From IMG/VR virus record IMGVR_UViG_3300020048_000030: a DNA stretch of 64,000 nucleotides. One strand, given 5' to 3'. Below are positions 41,411-49,472 of this stretch, piece after piece. The notes below the pieces were generated by a model. That model was not told the origin of the DNA, ran no database searches, and saw nothing but the letters and a program-made list of their open reading frames with translations. Position 1 is the first letter of the stretch. Each line of letters opens with the position of its first letter. A program made the translations under genes and the position numbers. The stretch comes from an uncultured virus (IMG/VR IMGVR_UViG_3300020048_000030) (Duplodnaviria; Heunggongvirae; Uroviricota; Caudoviricetes).

Positions 41411-41716
41411 ATGATTCTATTAAATTTTGTATCAACATTAATAATGGTTGTATCAATGACATTAACACCATCTAATACTATAAATGGATATATTGTAGAT
41501 AATAATACAAATGAAACATTAGTAGGTGTTAAAATTACAGTAAATGATAGCATTTCTACATATACTAATCTTGATGGATACTTTGAAATAAATAATATAT
41601 CAGACACTATAAATATGAAAATTGAATACATATCTTATGAAACAATAGATATAAAAGTATCTGGTGATGAATATAAAAATAATATAAAAAAACTTCAAAA
41701 TAATTTGGTAGATTAA
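41411..41716 (+). CDS. secreted carboxypeptidase-regulatory-like (CarbopepD_reg_2-type) domain protein
   Basis: Signal peptide; INGYIVD..TNETLVGVKI..TNLDGYF..YISYET pattern of the N-terminal domain of Bacteroidota TonB-dependent receptors. Confidence 0.75.
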   Translation: MILLNFVSTLIMVVSMTLTPSNTINGYIVDNNTNETLVGVKITVNDSISTYTNLDGYFEINNISDTINMKIEYISYETIDIKVSGDEYKNNIKKLQNNLVD

Positions 41717-41840
41717 AAATCTTGTATTATCTTTGTATCATAATTAGAAAAAAATGACTTTTTTAATTAAATATATACTTTTATTAAACTTTTGAAAAAA
41801 CTTTGTATATAAGAATAAAATTAAATAATAAACAAAACAA

Positions 41841-41977
41841 ATGAACTTAAACTTAAATATAACATTGAATTCTTCATTAGAGAATACAGATAGTGATACA
41901 AAATCATTAACCGGAATTGATATGTAAATAAGTTATACATAATATCAAAAACCCGGTTTGAAAAAATCGGGTTTTTT
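41841..41977 (+). promoter_or_regulatory. leader peptide (28 aa, 41841-41927) plus terminator: attenuator-like element before tRNA cluster 2
   Basis: MNLNLNITLNSSLENTDSDTKSLTGIDM; leader AACCGG is complementary to CCGGTT in the terminator 5' arm. Confidence 0.55.
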
Positions 41978-42260
41978 GTTTTATAAAAAGTTTTTTGAAA
42001 ATAAATTTGGTGGAGTCGAAAATAAGTTTTATCTTTGTACTCTATTAAAAAGGAAAAAGTTCCTTGACATGTTGGACTATTAAAAAATAAGTAAATTTAT
42101 TTTATAATAAAATGTAGCATTGGTAGTATGCATCATCTAAGGAGTGAATCGTACCATTCAATCTAAAAACATTATGGTAACAGTAATGTAAAAAGTAAAC
42201 AATGGGTAAATATGGATTCTTTGGTGTAACAACACATTATTTTAAAATAAATTGAAAAAT

Positions 42261-42443
42261 AAGAGAGGATATATCCTTAATTATTGTCTATATACCAGAA
42301 ATGGGAGAGTACCTAGTAGATTTATCTACAATTAACATATATAGGTTCGAAGAGAGACATTACTTGAGATGATGGTTGCAGAAATAGAAGTATGCATTTA
42401 TGTAAGAACATCCGATATAGACTTTAACTAAGGATACCCTCTT
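42261..42443 (+). ncRNA. unknown structured RNA (~180 nt)
   Basis: Nested end pairing AGAG/CTCT, TATCCTTA/TAAGGATA, GTCTATAT/ATATAGAC. Confidence 0.5.
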
Positions 42444-42450
42444 TTTATAT

Positions 42451-42533
42451 GCTGCGTTATGCAAGTGGCCAAAGCTAACAGGTTTTCACCCTGTTCTTGT
42501 ATTAGTTCGTGGGTTCGAATCCCACACGCAGTT
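42451..42533 (+). tRNA. tRNA-Glu(TTC), enlarged variable region
   Basis: ACAGG-TTTTCAC-CCTGT. Confidence 0.82.
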
Positions 42534-42549
42534 CTAAGTTTAAAATATA

Positions 42550-42626
42550 TGCGCGGTGACTGGAGTGGTCCCAGCCGAGAATCATAATCTCGATAGACGT
42601 AAGTTCGATCCTTACCCGCGCTACCA
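42550..42626 (+). tRNA. tRNA-Met(CAT), probably initiator-type
   Basis: 1:72 mismatch, CGAGA-ATCATAA-TCTCG, encoded CCA. Confidence 0.75.
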
Positions 42627-42699
42627 AAATCTTCAACTATTTTTAGTTTGATTATATTTTCCGTTATTAAATTTTTATATATACAATTAAAAACTAATT

Positions 42700-43590
42700 A
42701 TGAATAAATGTTTAAGTTGTGGTAAAGATGTAAAAAATAAATATTGTAATGTTTCTTGTCAAAATACACATCAAAATTCAAGTAGAGCTAATAAAAATTT
42801 TGGAGAATTTAAATCCTTTATAATAACTTGTCATAAATGTGAAAAAGAATTTGAAGTGATAGAAAGAGAAAAATTACATCCACAAAAAGAAAAATACTAT
42901 TGTTCAAGAAGTTGTGCAAATAGTCATATTAGAACAGAAGAAAGTAAAAGAAAAGTAAGTGAATCTTTATTAAGAGGATTAAAAATAATTACAATTTGTA
43001 AAAAATGTGGTAAAGATATAGAACATTTAAAAAGTAGAGAACAGATGTATTGTTCTATTGATTGTGCTAAAGAAGCAAAATTTGTAGGTATAAGAATAAT
43101 TACTGAATGTAAAAATTGTGGTAAAGAAATAAATGATTTAAAAAGTAAAAATAGAAGTTTTTGTTCTACATCTTGTAATACTATTTATCAAAATAAAAAT
43201 ACAGATAGATGTAAGAAAGGTGGATTAAAATCTTGTAAAGTACAAAAAGAAATAAGAAGAAGTAAAAATGAGATATATTTATCTGAACTATGTATGGATT
43301 ATTTTAATAATGTATTAATTAATGAACAAATGTTTAATGGTTGGGATGCAGATATTATTTTAAATGACCAAAAAATTGCAATATTATGGAATGGTAAATG
43401 GCATTATAAAAAAATTAAAAAAGAACATTCTGTTGAACAAGTACAAAATAGAGATAGAATTAAAATAAAAGAAATTGAAAAATTAGGGTATGTACCATAT
43501 ATTATTAAAGATATGGGAAAATTTAATAAAGAATTTGTAGAAAATGAATTTGAAAAATTAAAAATAATATATGGGGGTGTAGCTGATTAG
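42700..43590 (+). CDS. zinc-finger-repeat PD-(D/E)XK/Vsr-like endonuclease
   Basis: Four CxxC..YCSxxC repeats; WDADII..AILWNGKWH..D. Confidence 0.75.
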   Translation: MNKCLSCGKDVKNKYCNVSCQNTHQNSSRANKNFGEFKSFIITCHKCEKEFEVIEREKLHPQKEKYYCSRSCANSHIRTEESKRKVSESLLRGLKIITICKKCGKDIEHLKSREQMYCSIDCAKEAKFVGIRIITECKNCGKEINDLKSKNRSFCSTSCNTIYQNKNTDRCKKGGLKSCKVQKEIRRSKNEIYLSELCMDYFNNVLINEQMFNGWDADIILNDQKIAILWNGKWHYKKIKKEHSVEQVQNRDRIKIKEIEKLGYVPYIIKDMGKFNKEFVENEFEKLKIIYGGVAD

Positions 43591-43662
43591 GTTTTAGCTG
43601 CAGACTGTTAATCTGTGAATGAAAACATTGAAATAAAGTAGGTTCGAATCCTTCCTCCCCCG
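43573..43662 (+). tRNA. tRNA-Asn(GTT) with long variable region
   Basis: GCAGA-CTGTTAA-TCTGT, GGTTCGAATCC. Confidence 0.72.
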
Positions 43663-43668
43663 CAAACT

Positions 43669-43751
43669 GGATGTATGATTAAGGTGTAAAAACTTTAAAA
43701 ATCTTTAAGTTGGTTTGATCACCAAAATAGGTTAAAATCCTATTACATCCT
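43669..43751 (+). ncRNA. degenerate tRNA-like RNA
   Basis: GGATGTA/TACATCC acceptor, ATAGG-TTAAAAT-CCTAT T-arm, no readable 7-nt anticodon loop. Confidence 0.45.
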
Positions 43752-43758
43752 TTTAAAT

Positions 43759-43838
43759 GCCTCTGTGGATTATGCAAACCGGCACAGCCAACTGGCTTAA
43801 ACCCAGATCTTTTGAGGGTTCGACTCCCTCCAGGGGTA
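43759..43838 (+). tRNA. tRNA-Leu(TAA), short variable loop and enlarged D region
   Basis: GCCTCTG/CAGGGGT; CTGG-CTTAAAC-CCAG. Confidence 0.65.
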
Positions 43839-43913
43839 CAAAATTTTAATTAATTACCCATCGGAAGGTGGGAAATACATCTGAAAATAATTATATAATA
43901 AAAGCAGATGTTT

Positions 43914-43989
43914 TCCGATATAACTCAGTTGGCTAGAGTACCCTCACAAGCTTTGGGGGGTGTCACAGGTTCAAATCCTGTTATCGGTA
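43914..43989 (+). tRNA. tRNA, anticodon undetermined (9-nt loop ACAAGCTTT)
   Basis: Canonical D and T arms; CCCTC/GGGGG anticodon stem. Confidence 0.55.
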
Positions 43990-44004
43990 CAAAATAAAAC
44001 AATT

Positions 44005-44283
44005 ATGATGAAAAAAGAGATAAAGAATGTGTCTAATTGGGATATCAAAGACAAAGTAAAATTAATTGCTGGAACTATTGTTGAAAATGATGATCAAAAT
44101 GGTTTTAATTATTTTGAAGACCTTATTCCTTTTTATTTTACTAATGATAATGATCTTCTGTTAATAAAGGAAAAAATGAATAACTTGATTAATTTACTTA
44201 ATGAAGCAAAAAAACAAAGTTCAGTAGAATTTGAAAAAATTCAAGATATGGACTTTGAAGATGAAATCTGGTATAAAATATAG
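44005..44283 (+). CDS. hypothetical protein
   Basis: Likely start MMKKEIK at 44005; the upstream part of the tracked ORF overlaps a tRNA. Confidence 0.65.
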   Translation: MMKKEIKNVSNWDIKDKVKLIAGTIVENDDQNGFNYFEDLIPFYFTNDNDLLLIKEKMNNLINLLNEAKKQSSVEFEKIQDMDFEDEIWYKI

Positions 44284-44347
44284 GATTTTTCTATTTATCC
44301 TAGTCTTAAATAGAATGGTGGTGTAGTTGAAGTAAAATTCAGCCCCA

Positions 44348-44422
44348 ATCAGTTTTCTTGGTTTCTGATAAAAAATCAAGATTTTAAAATATTTCAGTTT
44401 TCTTGGTTTCTGTCAAAAATCA
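44348..44422 (+). repeat. two copies of TCAGTTTTCTTGGTTTCTG-(A-rich)-TCA
   Basis: Copies start at ~44349 and 44394. Confidence 0.7.
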
Positions 44423-44427
44423 TACTT

Positions 44428-44503
44428 AGGCTATAGGTCAAACGATTAAGATGTCGCCCTGTCACGGCGCACGGAGCGGGTTTAACTCCCGTATAGCCTG
44501 CCA
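44428..44503 (+). tRNA. tRNA-Asp(GTC)
   Basis: CGCC-CTGTCAC-GGCG, G73, encoded CCA. Confidence 0.85.
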
Positions 44504-44595
44504 AATCTAACTTGTAGAATTTTTAGTAATTTACAAGTTAGATTTCATTTAGACAATTTTTATTTAATATATAAATAAAAAATAATCAAATTATT

Positions 44596-44826
44596 ATGAA
44601 TAAGATTTTAAATAGAATATTATCAAGAATTCCTTGGACTTATATAATAATATTAATAATAGCATTAGTAATTACTTTAGTTGCTAAAATGTTTATATCT
44701 ACACCATATTTAGTTGTATTATTTGGTGTATTTTTTACTATTGGTCTTGGATTTACTTTATTTATATGGTTAAGAGAACTTTATTGGGTTATAACAAAAA
44801 AAGATAATTATGATAAGAAAAATTAA
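44596..44826 (+). CDS. small membrane protein (2 TM)
   Basis: Two hydrophobic stretches. Confidence 0.65.
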   Translation: MNKILNRILSRIPWTYIIILIIALVITLVAKMFISTPYLVVLFGVFFTIGLGFTLFIWLRELYWVITKKDNYDKKN

Positions 44827-45325
44827 AAAAAATTGGAGAAGACCTTTTCCTTGGTTTGAATTTATTCCTATCATATTTAAAAAGAACAAATCATTTTCAA
44901 TTGTAAAAGATTTTGAATTTACACCATCTACAATGTATCATTTTGATGACGCAGACCAATTTGATGTGAATAAATTATTTGGTTTTAGTATAGGGATGCA
45001 TCACACTAATTCATTTAGATTTGGGTGGAGACCAAGTAAAGATTTATTAAAAATGGAAATTGGTGCATATGAATATCATAATAAAGTAAGGGTTTTTATT
45101 TTACCTTTATGTGAAGTTGAAATAGGTAAAAATTATAAGTATGAAATAAATTATTTATCTGATAAAAAACAAGTTCAGTATAAAATTGTAGAAGACAATA
45201 ATACACTTGTTACTCATATAAGTAATGTTGATGTTAAAAAATATTGGGGTTATAAATTAGGTTTATATTTTGGTGGTAATAAAAAAGCACCACATGATAT
45301 GATATTCTTCCAAACAAATTTTTAA
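44810..45325 (+). CDS. hypothetical beta-sandwich protein
   Basis: Aromatic-rich; NKLFGF..SFRFGWR..YFGGN. Confidence 0.65.
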   Translation: MIRKIKKNWRRPFPWFEFIPIIFKKNKSFSIVKDFEFTPSTMYHFDDADQFDVNKLFGFSIGMHHTNSFRFGWRPSKDLLKMEIGAYEYHNKVRVFILPLCEVEIGKNYKYEINYLSDKKQVQYKIVEDNNTLVTHISNVDVKKYWGYKLGLYFGGNKKAPHDMIFFQTNF

Positions 45326-45342
45326 AAATAAAATTATTAAAT

Positions 45343-45415
45343 GCTTCCTTAACTCAGTTGGTAGAGTGATACTCTTGTAAAGTATATGTCATTAGTTCGA
45401 TCCTAATAGGAAGCT
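45343..45415 (+). tRNA. tRNA-Thr(TGT)
   Basis: ATACT-CTTGTAA-AGTAT. Confidence 0.9.
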
Positions 45416-45417
45416 CA

Positions 45418-45557
45418 AAGTATATGTAAATCCTTAGATGGGTTTTTGGATAAGAACAGGAGTACAACTATTCCTATTGGGTAGTAGATACTTTTGTTCA
45501 TGACAGTAGAATTTCTATTACAATCAAAATATCAAATTGGTTTTTAAACATATACTT
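45418..45557 (+). ncRNA. unknown structured RNA (~140 nt) between tRNAs
   Basis: AAGTATATGT/ACATATACTT ends; GAACAGGAGTA/TACTTTTGTTC inner stem. Confidence 0.5.
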
Positions 45558-45562
45558 CATTT

Positions 45563-45651
45563 GGAAATTTGCTAGAGCCAGGTTTATTAGGTTTGTCTTG
45601 AAAACAAAAGTACAGGAAACTGTACCGGGGGTTCGAATCCCTCAATTTCCG
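45563..45651 (+). tRNA. tRNA-Ser(TGA)
   Basis: TTTGT-CTTGAAA-ACAAA; variable arm GTACAG-GAAA-CTGTAC. Confidence 0.9.
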
Positions 45652-45726
45652 CACCAAAAACGCGACAGGTTATTAAAGTTTGGAAAATCCAACACCTAAA
45701 TGGGGGGCTGGTCATGTCCATATAAT

Positions 45727-45815
45727 GGAGAAGTAAGCATAATTGGTACTGCAGCGGTTTGCTAAACCGTTCATCGATTAAAATTGGTGTGAAGGTTCGA
45801 GTCCTTTTTTCTCCG
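45727..45815 (+). tRNA. tRNA-Ser(GCT)
   Basis: GCGGT-TTGCTAA-ACCGT; long variable arm. Confidence 0.88.
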
Positions 45816-45896
45816 CAAATTTTTTTAAATAAATTTGTATAGTTCAATAAATAGTATTATCTTTGCATTATTACTAATCACTTAACACATTACATT

Positions 45897-46088
45897 ATGA
45901 AAACAATACTTAATATCATAATCCTAATGATTGGAATTTTTGTAAGTGGAATATCACTGATGATTTCTTGGAACATATGTAATTTATCACATAATACAAA
46001 ATTTGTAGAATTTATGTTATTTCAGGGAATATCTTCTGTATTAGTATCCTTTTTTTCTTTTATTGAAACTATAATAATTAGAAATTAA
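45897..46088 (+). CDS. small membrane protein (2 TM)
   Basis: Hydrophobic; has its own host-type promoter at 45834. Confidence 0.6.
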   Translation: MKTILNIIILMIGIFVSGISLMISWNICNLSHNTKFVEFMLFQGISSVLVSFFSFIETIIIRN

Positions 46089-46140
46089 TTTGGATAGTTC
46101 AATAATTAGTATTATCTTTGTAGTCTAAATTATAAAACAT

Positions 46141-46578
46141 ATGAATAGAATTCACAAGTGGTCAAAGGAAGATACAATAGTAACTTACTTTTTTGTAAAA
46201 TTTGGTTTAAAAGGACTTCCTGTTAAGGATGAAAAAGAACTAGCAGAATTTGTTATTGGTACAAGTGTTGTATCTTTACAAATGCAAGCATCAAATATCA
46301 GATACTTACTTGGTTATGAAGATGGTGTATTAACTGACTTTTCAAAAGTTCAGTCTGATGTTGTTGACCAATATAAAAATACTTCTGTTGAAGAATTAAA
46401 ACAGATTGTTATTGACATTATTCTTAAAAGGGATTTTGAAGATAATGTAAAGAAGGTAAGGGAATCAATCAGATTGAAAGATTTGGAATTGAAGAAGAAG
46501 AATGCTAAAAATGAACTCGATGAAATTTTTAGAAAGATGGGTAAAGATCCTTCAAAGATGAAAAAAGTTGTAAAATAA
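46141..46578 (+). CDS. hypothetical protein
   Basis: Has its own host-type promoter at 46089. Confidence 0.7.
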   Translation: MNRIHKWSKEDTIVTYFFVKFGLKGLPVKDEKELAEFVIGTSVVSLQMQASNIRYLLGYEDGVLTDFSKVQSDVVDQYKNTSVEELKQIVIDIILKRDFEDNVKKVRESIRLKDLELKKKNAKNELDEIFRKMGKDPSKMKKVVK

Positions 46579-46580
46579 TT

Positions 46581-46691
46581 ATGGGAAAAAAGTGTAAATC
46601 AAAAAATAAAAAAGATTCATCTAAGAAATATATTTGTGAAAAGTGTAAATGTGGATCAAATGATAAAAAAGAATTATGTAAACCTAAATAA
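46581..46691 (+). CDS. 36-aa Cys/Lys-rich microprotein
   Basis: MGKKCKSKNKKDSSKKYICEKCKCGSNDKKELCKPK (manual translation). Confidence 0.55.
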   Translation: MGKKCKSKNKKDSSKKYICEKCKCGSNDKKELCKPK

Positions 46692-46692
46692 A

Positions 46693-46879
46693 GATAAGTA
46701 AGTTGATCATTCTGTCAAATCAATGGTAGGCATATCATTAGAAAGGTGAGTTCGTTACTCATATAATCTCTTATGGAGAGCCAAGTAACAGATATAATGA
46801 TATAACCTTGAGCCGATGCATCATAAAATTAAAAAAGCTCTAAATAGTGAAATAATAATGGGTATTTCACCAACTTATC
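46693..46879 (+). ncRNA. unknown structured RNA (~185 nt)
   Basis: GATAAGT/ACTTATC ends, TATCATTA/TAATGATA, GTGAAATA/TATTTCAC, GAGC/GCTC stems. Confidence 0.5.
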
Positions 46880-46903
46880 CTTTTAAAACTAAAAAGAAAA
46901 TAT

Positions 46904-47140
46904 ATGAATCCAAAAGATATGTATGATATGTTCGGTGAGGATTATGTTTATGGTAATAATCATCATACAGATGGTAGTAGTGTTTGGGTAACAACAAGAC
47001 CAAGTAAAAATATTACTATTGAAGATGTGTTATATAAATTTACACCGGAACAATTGATTGAAGCAATTGGTGTGGATGAAGTACAAAATATTTTAAGAAA
47101 TAAAAAATTAAATATTCTTAAAAAGAAATTAAACAAATAA
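46904..47140 (+). CDS. hypothetical protein with C-terminal RxxKL motif
   Basis: LRNKKLNIL. Confidence 0.65.
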   Translation: MNPKDMYDMFGEDYVYGNNHHTDGSSVWVTTRPSKNITIEDVLYKFTPEQLIEAIGVDEVQNILRNKKLNILKKKLNK

Positions 47141-47191
47141 ATGGTGAAATTGGTAGACACAATTTTTATATATAAGAATAAAAAACTTTAT

Positions 47192-47974
47192 ATGGAAATA
47201 TGTGAATGTGGAAAACAATTTGAAAAAGCAAGTTCTTTGAAGAGTCACGCAAGATTTTGTAAATCTTATGTTAAAAAAGAAAAGAAACAATCCATATATA
47301 AAAAAGAAGAAAATTTATATGAATGTGAGTGTGGAAAACAATTTGAAAAATCACAAAGTTTGAATGTTCATTTTTCACATTGTCTAATTCATAGAAATGG
47401 GAAAGAAGAAACAAGGGATTGTTTAAGACAAGGTACTATGGTTGGTTGGAATGATTTTTCTGATGATAAGATGAAAGAAATTAGAAAAAAATTATCTAAA
47501 ACATATAAAAATAAAATTGAAAAAGGTGAAATTTTTTATCCATTCCAAGATAAAAAACATACTAAAGAAACATTAGAAAAAATATCTTTGTCTTATTTAA
47601 ATGGTGATAGAAAAAATCATGGATATATAAGAGTAAAATATTATGAAGTTTTTTGTCCTTTTCATGATAAGATTGTTAAAGTTCAAGGTACTTGGGAATT
47701 AATATATGCCAATTATTTAAATGAAAATAATATTAGATGGACAAGAAACACAAAATTAAGATATAGATTATTTGAAGATGATTATTTACATACTTATTAT
47801 CCAGATTTTTATCTTATTGATACAGATGAATATATTGAAATTAAAGGATATTGGTGGACATCAAAAGATGGGAAGAGAGATGATAAAAGAAAAATGGAAT
47901 TTGTTAGAAAATATAATGAGGATAAAAAAATTACAGTAATTATGAATATAGATAAATATAAATTAAACAAATAA
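47192..47974 (+). CDS. zinc-finger / PD-(D/E)XK homing endonuclease
   Basis: CECGKQF..H repeats, KHTKET, GTWE..YYPDFYL..YIEIKG; likely start at 47192. Confidence 0.8.
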   Translation: MEICECGKQFEKASSLKSHARFCKSYVKKEKKQSIYKKEENLYECECGKQFEKSQSLNVHFSHCLIHRNGKEETRDCLRQGTMVGWNDFSDDKMKEIRKKLSKTYKNKIEKGEIFYPFQDKKHTKETLEKISLSYLNGDRKNHGYIRVKYYEVFCPFHDKIVKVQGTWELIYANYLNENNIRWTRNTKLRYRLFEDDYLHTYYPDFYLIDTDEYIEIKGYWWTSKDGKRDDKRKMEFVRKYNEDKKITVIMNIDKYKLNK

Positions 47975-48012
47975 TAAATTATAATATATAAAGTATAGTT
48001 CTTTAAAATAAT

Positions 48013-48299
48013 GGCTCGGTGATGAAATTGGTATACATGATGGACTTAGATATAAATTTGAGTGCCCTTATGGAAATGTAAGGAGTAGAACTTGTCAAAT
48101 TCGGGGAAACCTTTAAAATGGTAATCCCGATCCAAACCTTGAAAAAGGGAGGAGTAGAGACTTAACGGCAAGCACCTAAATAGAAATATATGGTGAAGAG
48201 AAAGTCCAGACCACAAACTTAATAGGTAATGAAAATTATAGTGGTAAGAAAATCCATTGGTTAGTGATAATCGTGCGGGTTCAAGTCCCGCCCGAGCTA
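48013..48299 (+). tRNA. tRNA-Leu(TAA) interrupted by a group I intron
   Basis: 5' exon 48013-48047 (..ATGGACTT), 3' exon 48249-48299 (AAAATCCAT..GGTTCAAGTCC..CCGAGCTA). Confidence 0.88.
48048..48248 (+). mobile_element. group I intron (IC3-like, ~201 nt, no ORF)
   Basis: AAATTCGGGGAA (P), AATCCCGATCC (Q), GTAGAGACT (R), AGAGAAAGTCC (S), terminal G; inserted after U34. Confidence 0.88.
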
Positions 48300-48318
48300 C
48301 AATAAATAATATTACAAA

Positions 48319-48552
48319 ATGAAAAAATTTCTTTTAATTTTATTATGTATCTTAATGATATCTTGTGGAAAAATACAAGAAAAAAGAACAATAGAGTGGA
48401 TTGCAAAAGCAAGAAAACCTATAACTTGTAAGATTTATAATAAAAAGACAAATGGTTCTACTAAAAATTGGTACACTTTACAAAGTGCAAATAGTGAATT
48501 TTTTAATACTAGAGGAATCTATATGACATTACCAGACACTATTAAATATTAA
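48319..48552 (+). CDS. small lipoprotein
   Basis: Signal peptide with lipobox MISC; ends LPDTIKY. Confidence 0.7.
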   Translation: MKKFLLILLCILMISCGKIQEKRTIEWIAKARKPITCKIYNKKTNGSTKNWYTLQSANSEFFNTRGIYMTLPDTIKY

Positions 48553-48556
48553 ATAT

Positions 48557-48790
48557 ATGAAAAAACTTATTTTGTTATTTACATTCATTGTAATAACATC
48601 TTGTGAATCTAAAAGAATTGCAGAAAGGGAAATATTAGCAATTGATTGGATATTACTTGTTCCAAAACCAGTAGTTTGTTATCCATATGATATGAATAGA
48701 GATGGAACTATTTATTTTTTAGTAAATGCAGAAAGAGGTACATATATGACTGGTAGAATTAATTTAGATTTACCAGATACAATTAAATAA
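48557..48790 (+). CDS. small lipoprotein (paralog of the previous gene)
   Basis: Lipobox ITSC; shares WI..KP..C and LPDTIK. Confidence 0.7.
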   Translation: MKKLILLFTFIVITSCESKRIAEREILAIDWILLVPKPVVCYPYDMNRDGTIYFLVNAERGTYMTGRINLDLPDTIK

Positions 48791-48815
48791 TCATTAATTT
48801 AAAATAAATAAAATT

Positions 48816-49097
48816 ATGGGAAAAATTACAGTAAGTGATGTTTATAATTGGATGAGTGAATATGGTGAAGATCCTATTGTTGATGGTCCAATTATTTTAA
48901 CTACTGAGGATGAACAAGAATTTATGGAATCTTTAGATAAATATATTATTGATGAAGATGAATTTGATTTCTTGTTTCTTAATGGTAGTAGTGAAGATCA
49001 ATATTTAGTAAATATGTGGGTTGACTTTTTAAATGAAAAAGAATATCCAAATGAATATCTTTTTGATGAGGATATGGATGAATTTGAAGATGAATAA
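48816..49097 (+). CDS. highly acidic small protein
   Basis: 30 D/E versus 3 K in 93 aa. Confidence 0.7.
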   Translation: MGKITVSDVYNWMSEYGEDPIVDGPIILTTEDEQEFMESLDKYIIDEDEFDFLFLNGSSEDQYLVNMWVDFLNEKEYPNEYLFDEDMDEFEDE

Positions 49098-49165
49098 TAA
49101 ATTTGGTAAATTGAAAAAAAAGTATTAACTTTGTAAAAGTATTAATTTTAAAATAAATAAAAAAG

Positions 49166-49396
49166 ATGGCACAAAAATTAGGAAAAATAGTAAAAGATGT
49201 AGTAGGATACAAAGTTCGTATTATGCTTGAAAGTAAAACTTCCGAAACACCAGGAAGAGGTGATAAACCAGTTAGAATAACTAAAATGTGTGATTCTGGT
49301 ACATATGGTGTATATGCAGGTAAAAAGAAACTTGTAAAGAATGGATTCAAATCAGTTGATGAAGCTACTACATATATCTTTGATAAAGTAGTATAA
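49166..49396 (+). CDS. basic hypothetical protein
   Basis: Has its own host-type promoter at 49102. Confidence 0.7.
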   Translation: MAQKLGKIVKDVVGYKVRIMLESKTSETPGRGDKPVRITKMCDSGTYGVYAGKKKLVKNGFKSVDEATTYIFDKVV

Positions 49397-49472
49397 TAAA
49401 TATCCCTACTGATATTGTATATTTACTGACCTACCCTCTTTATTGGTAGGGATATTTTTAAAACTTTAAACT

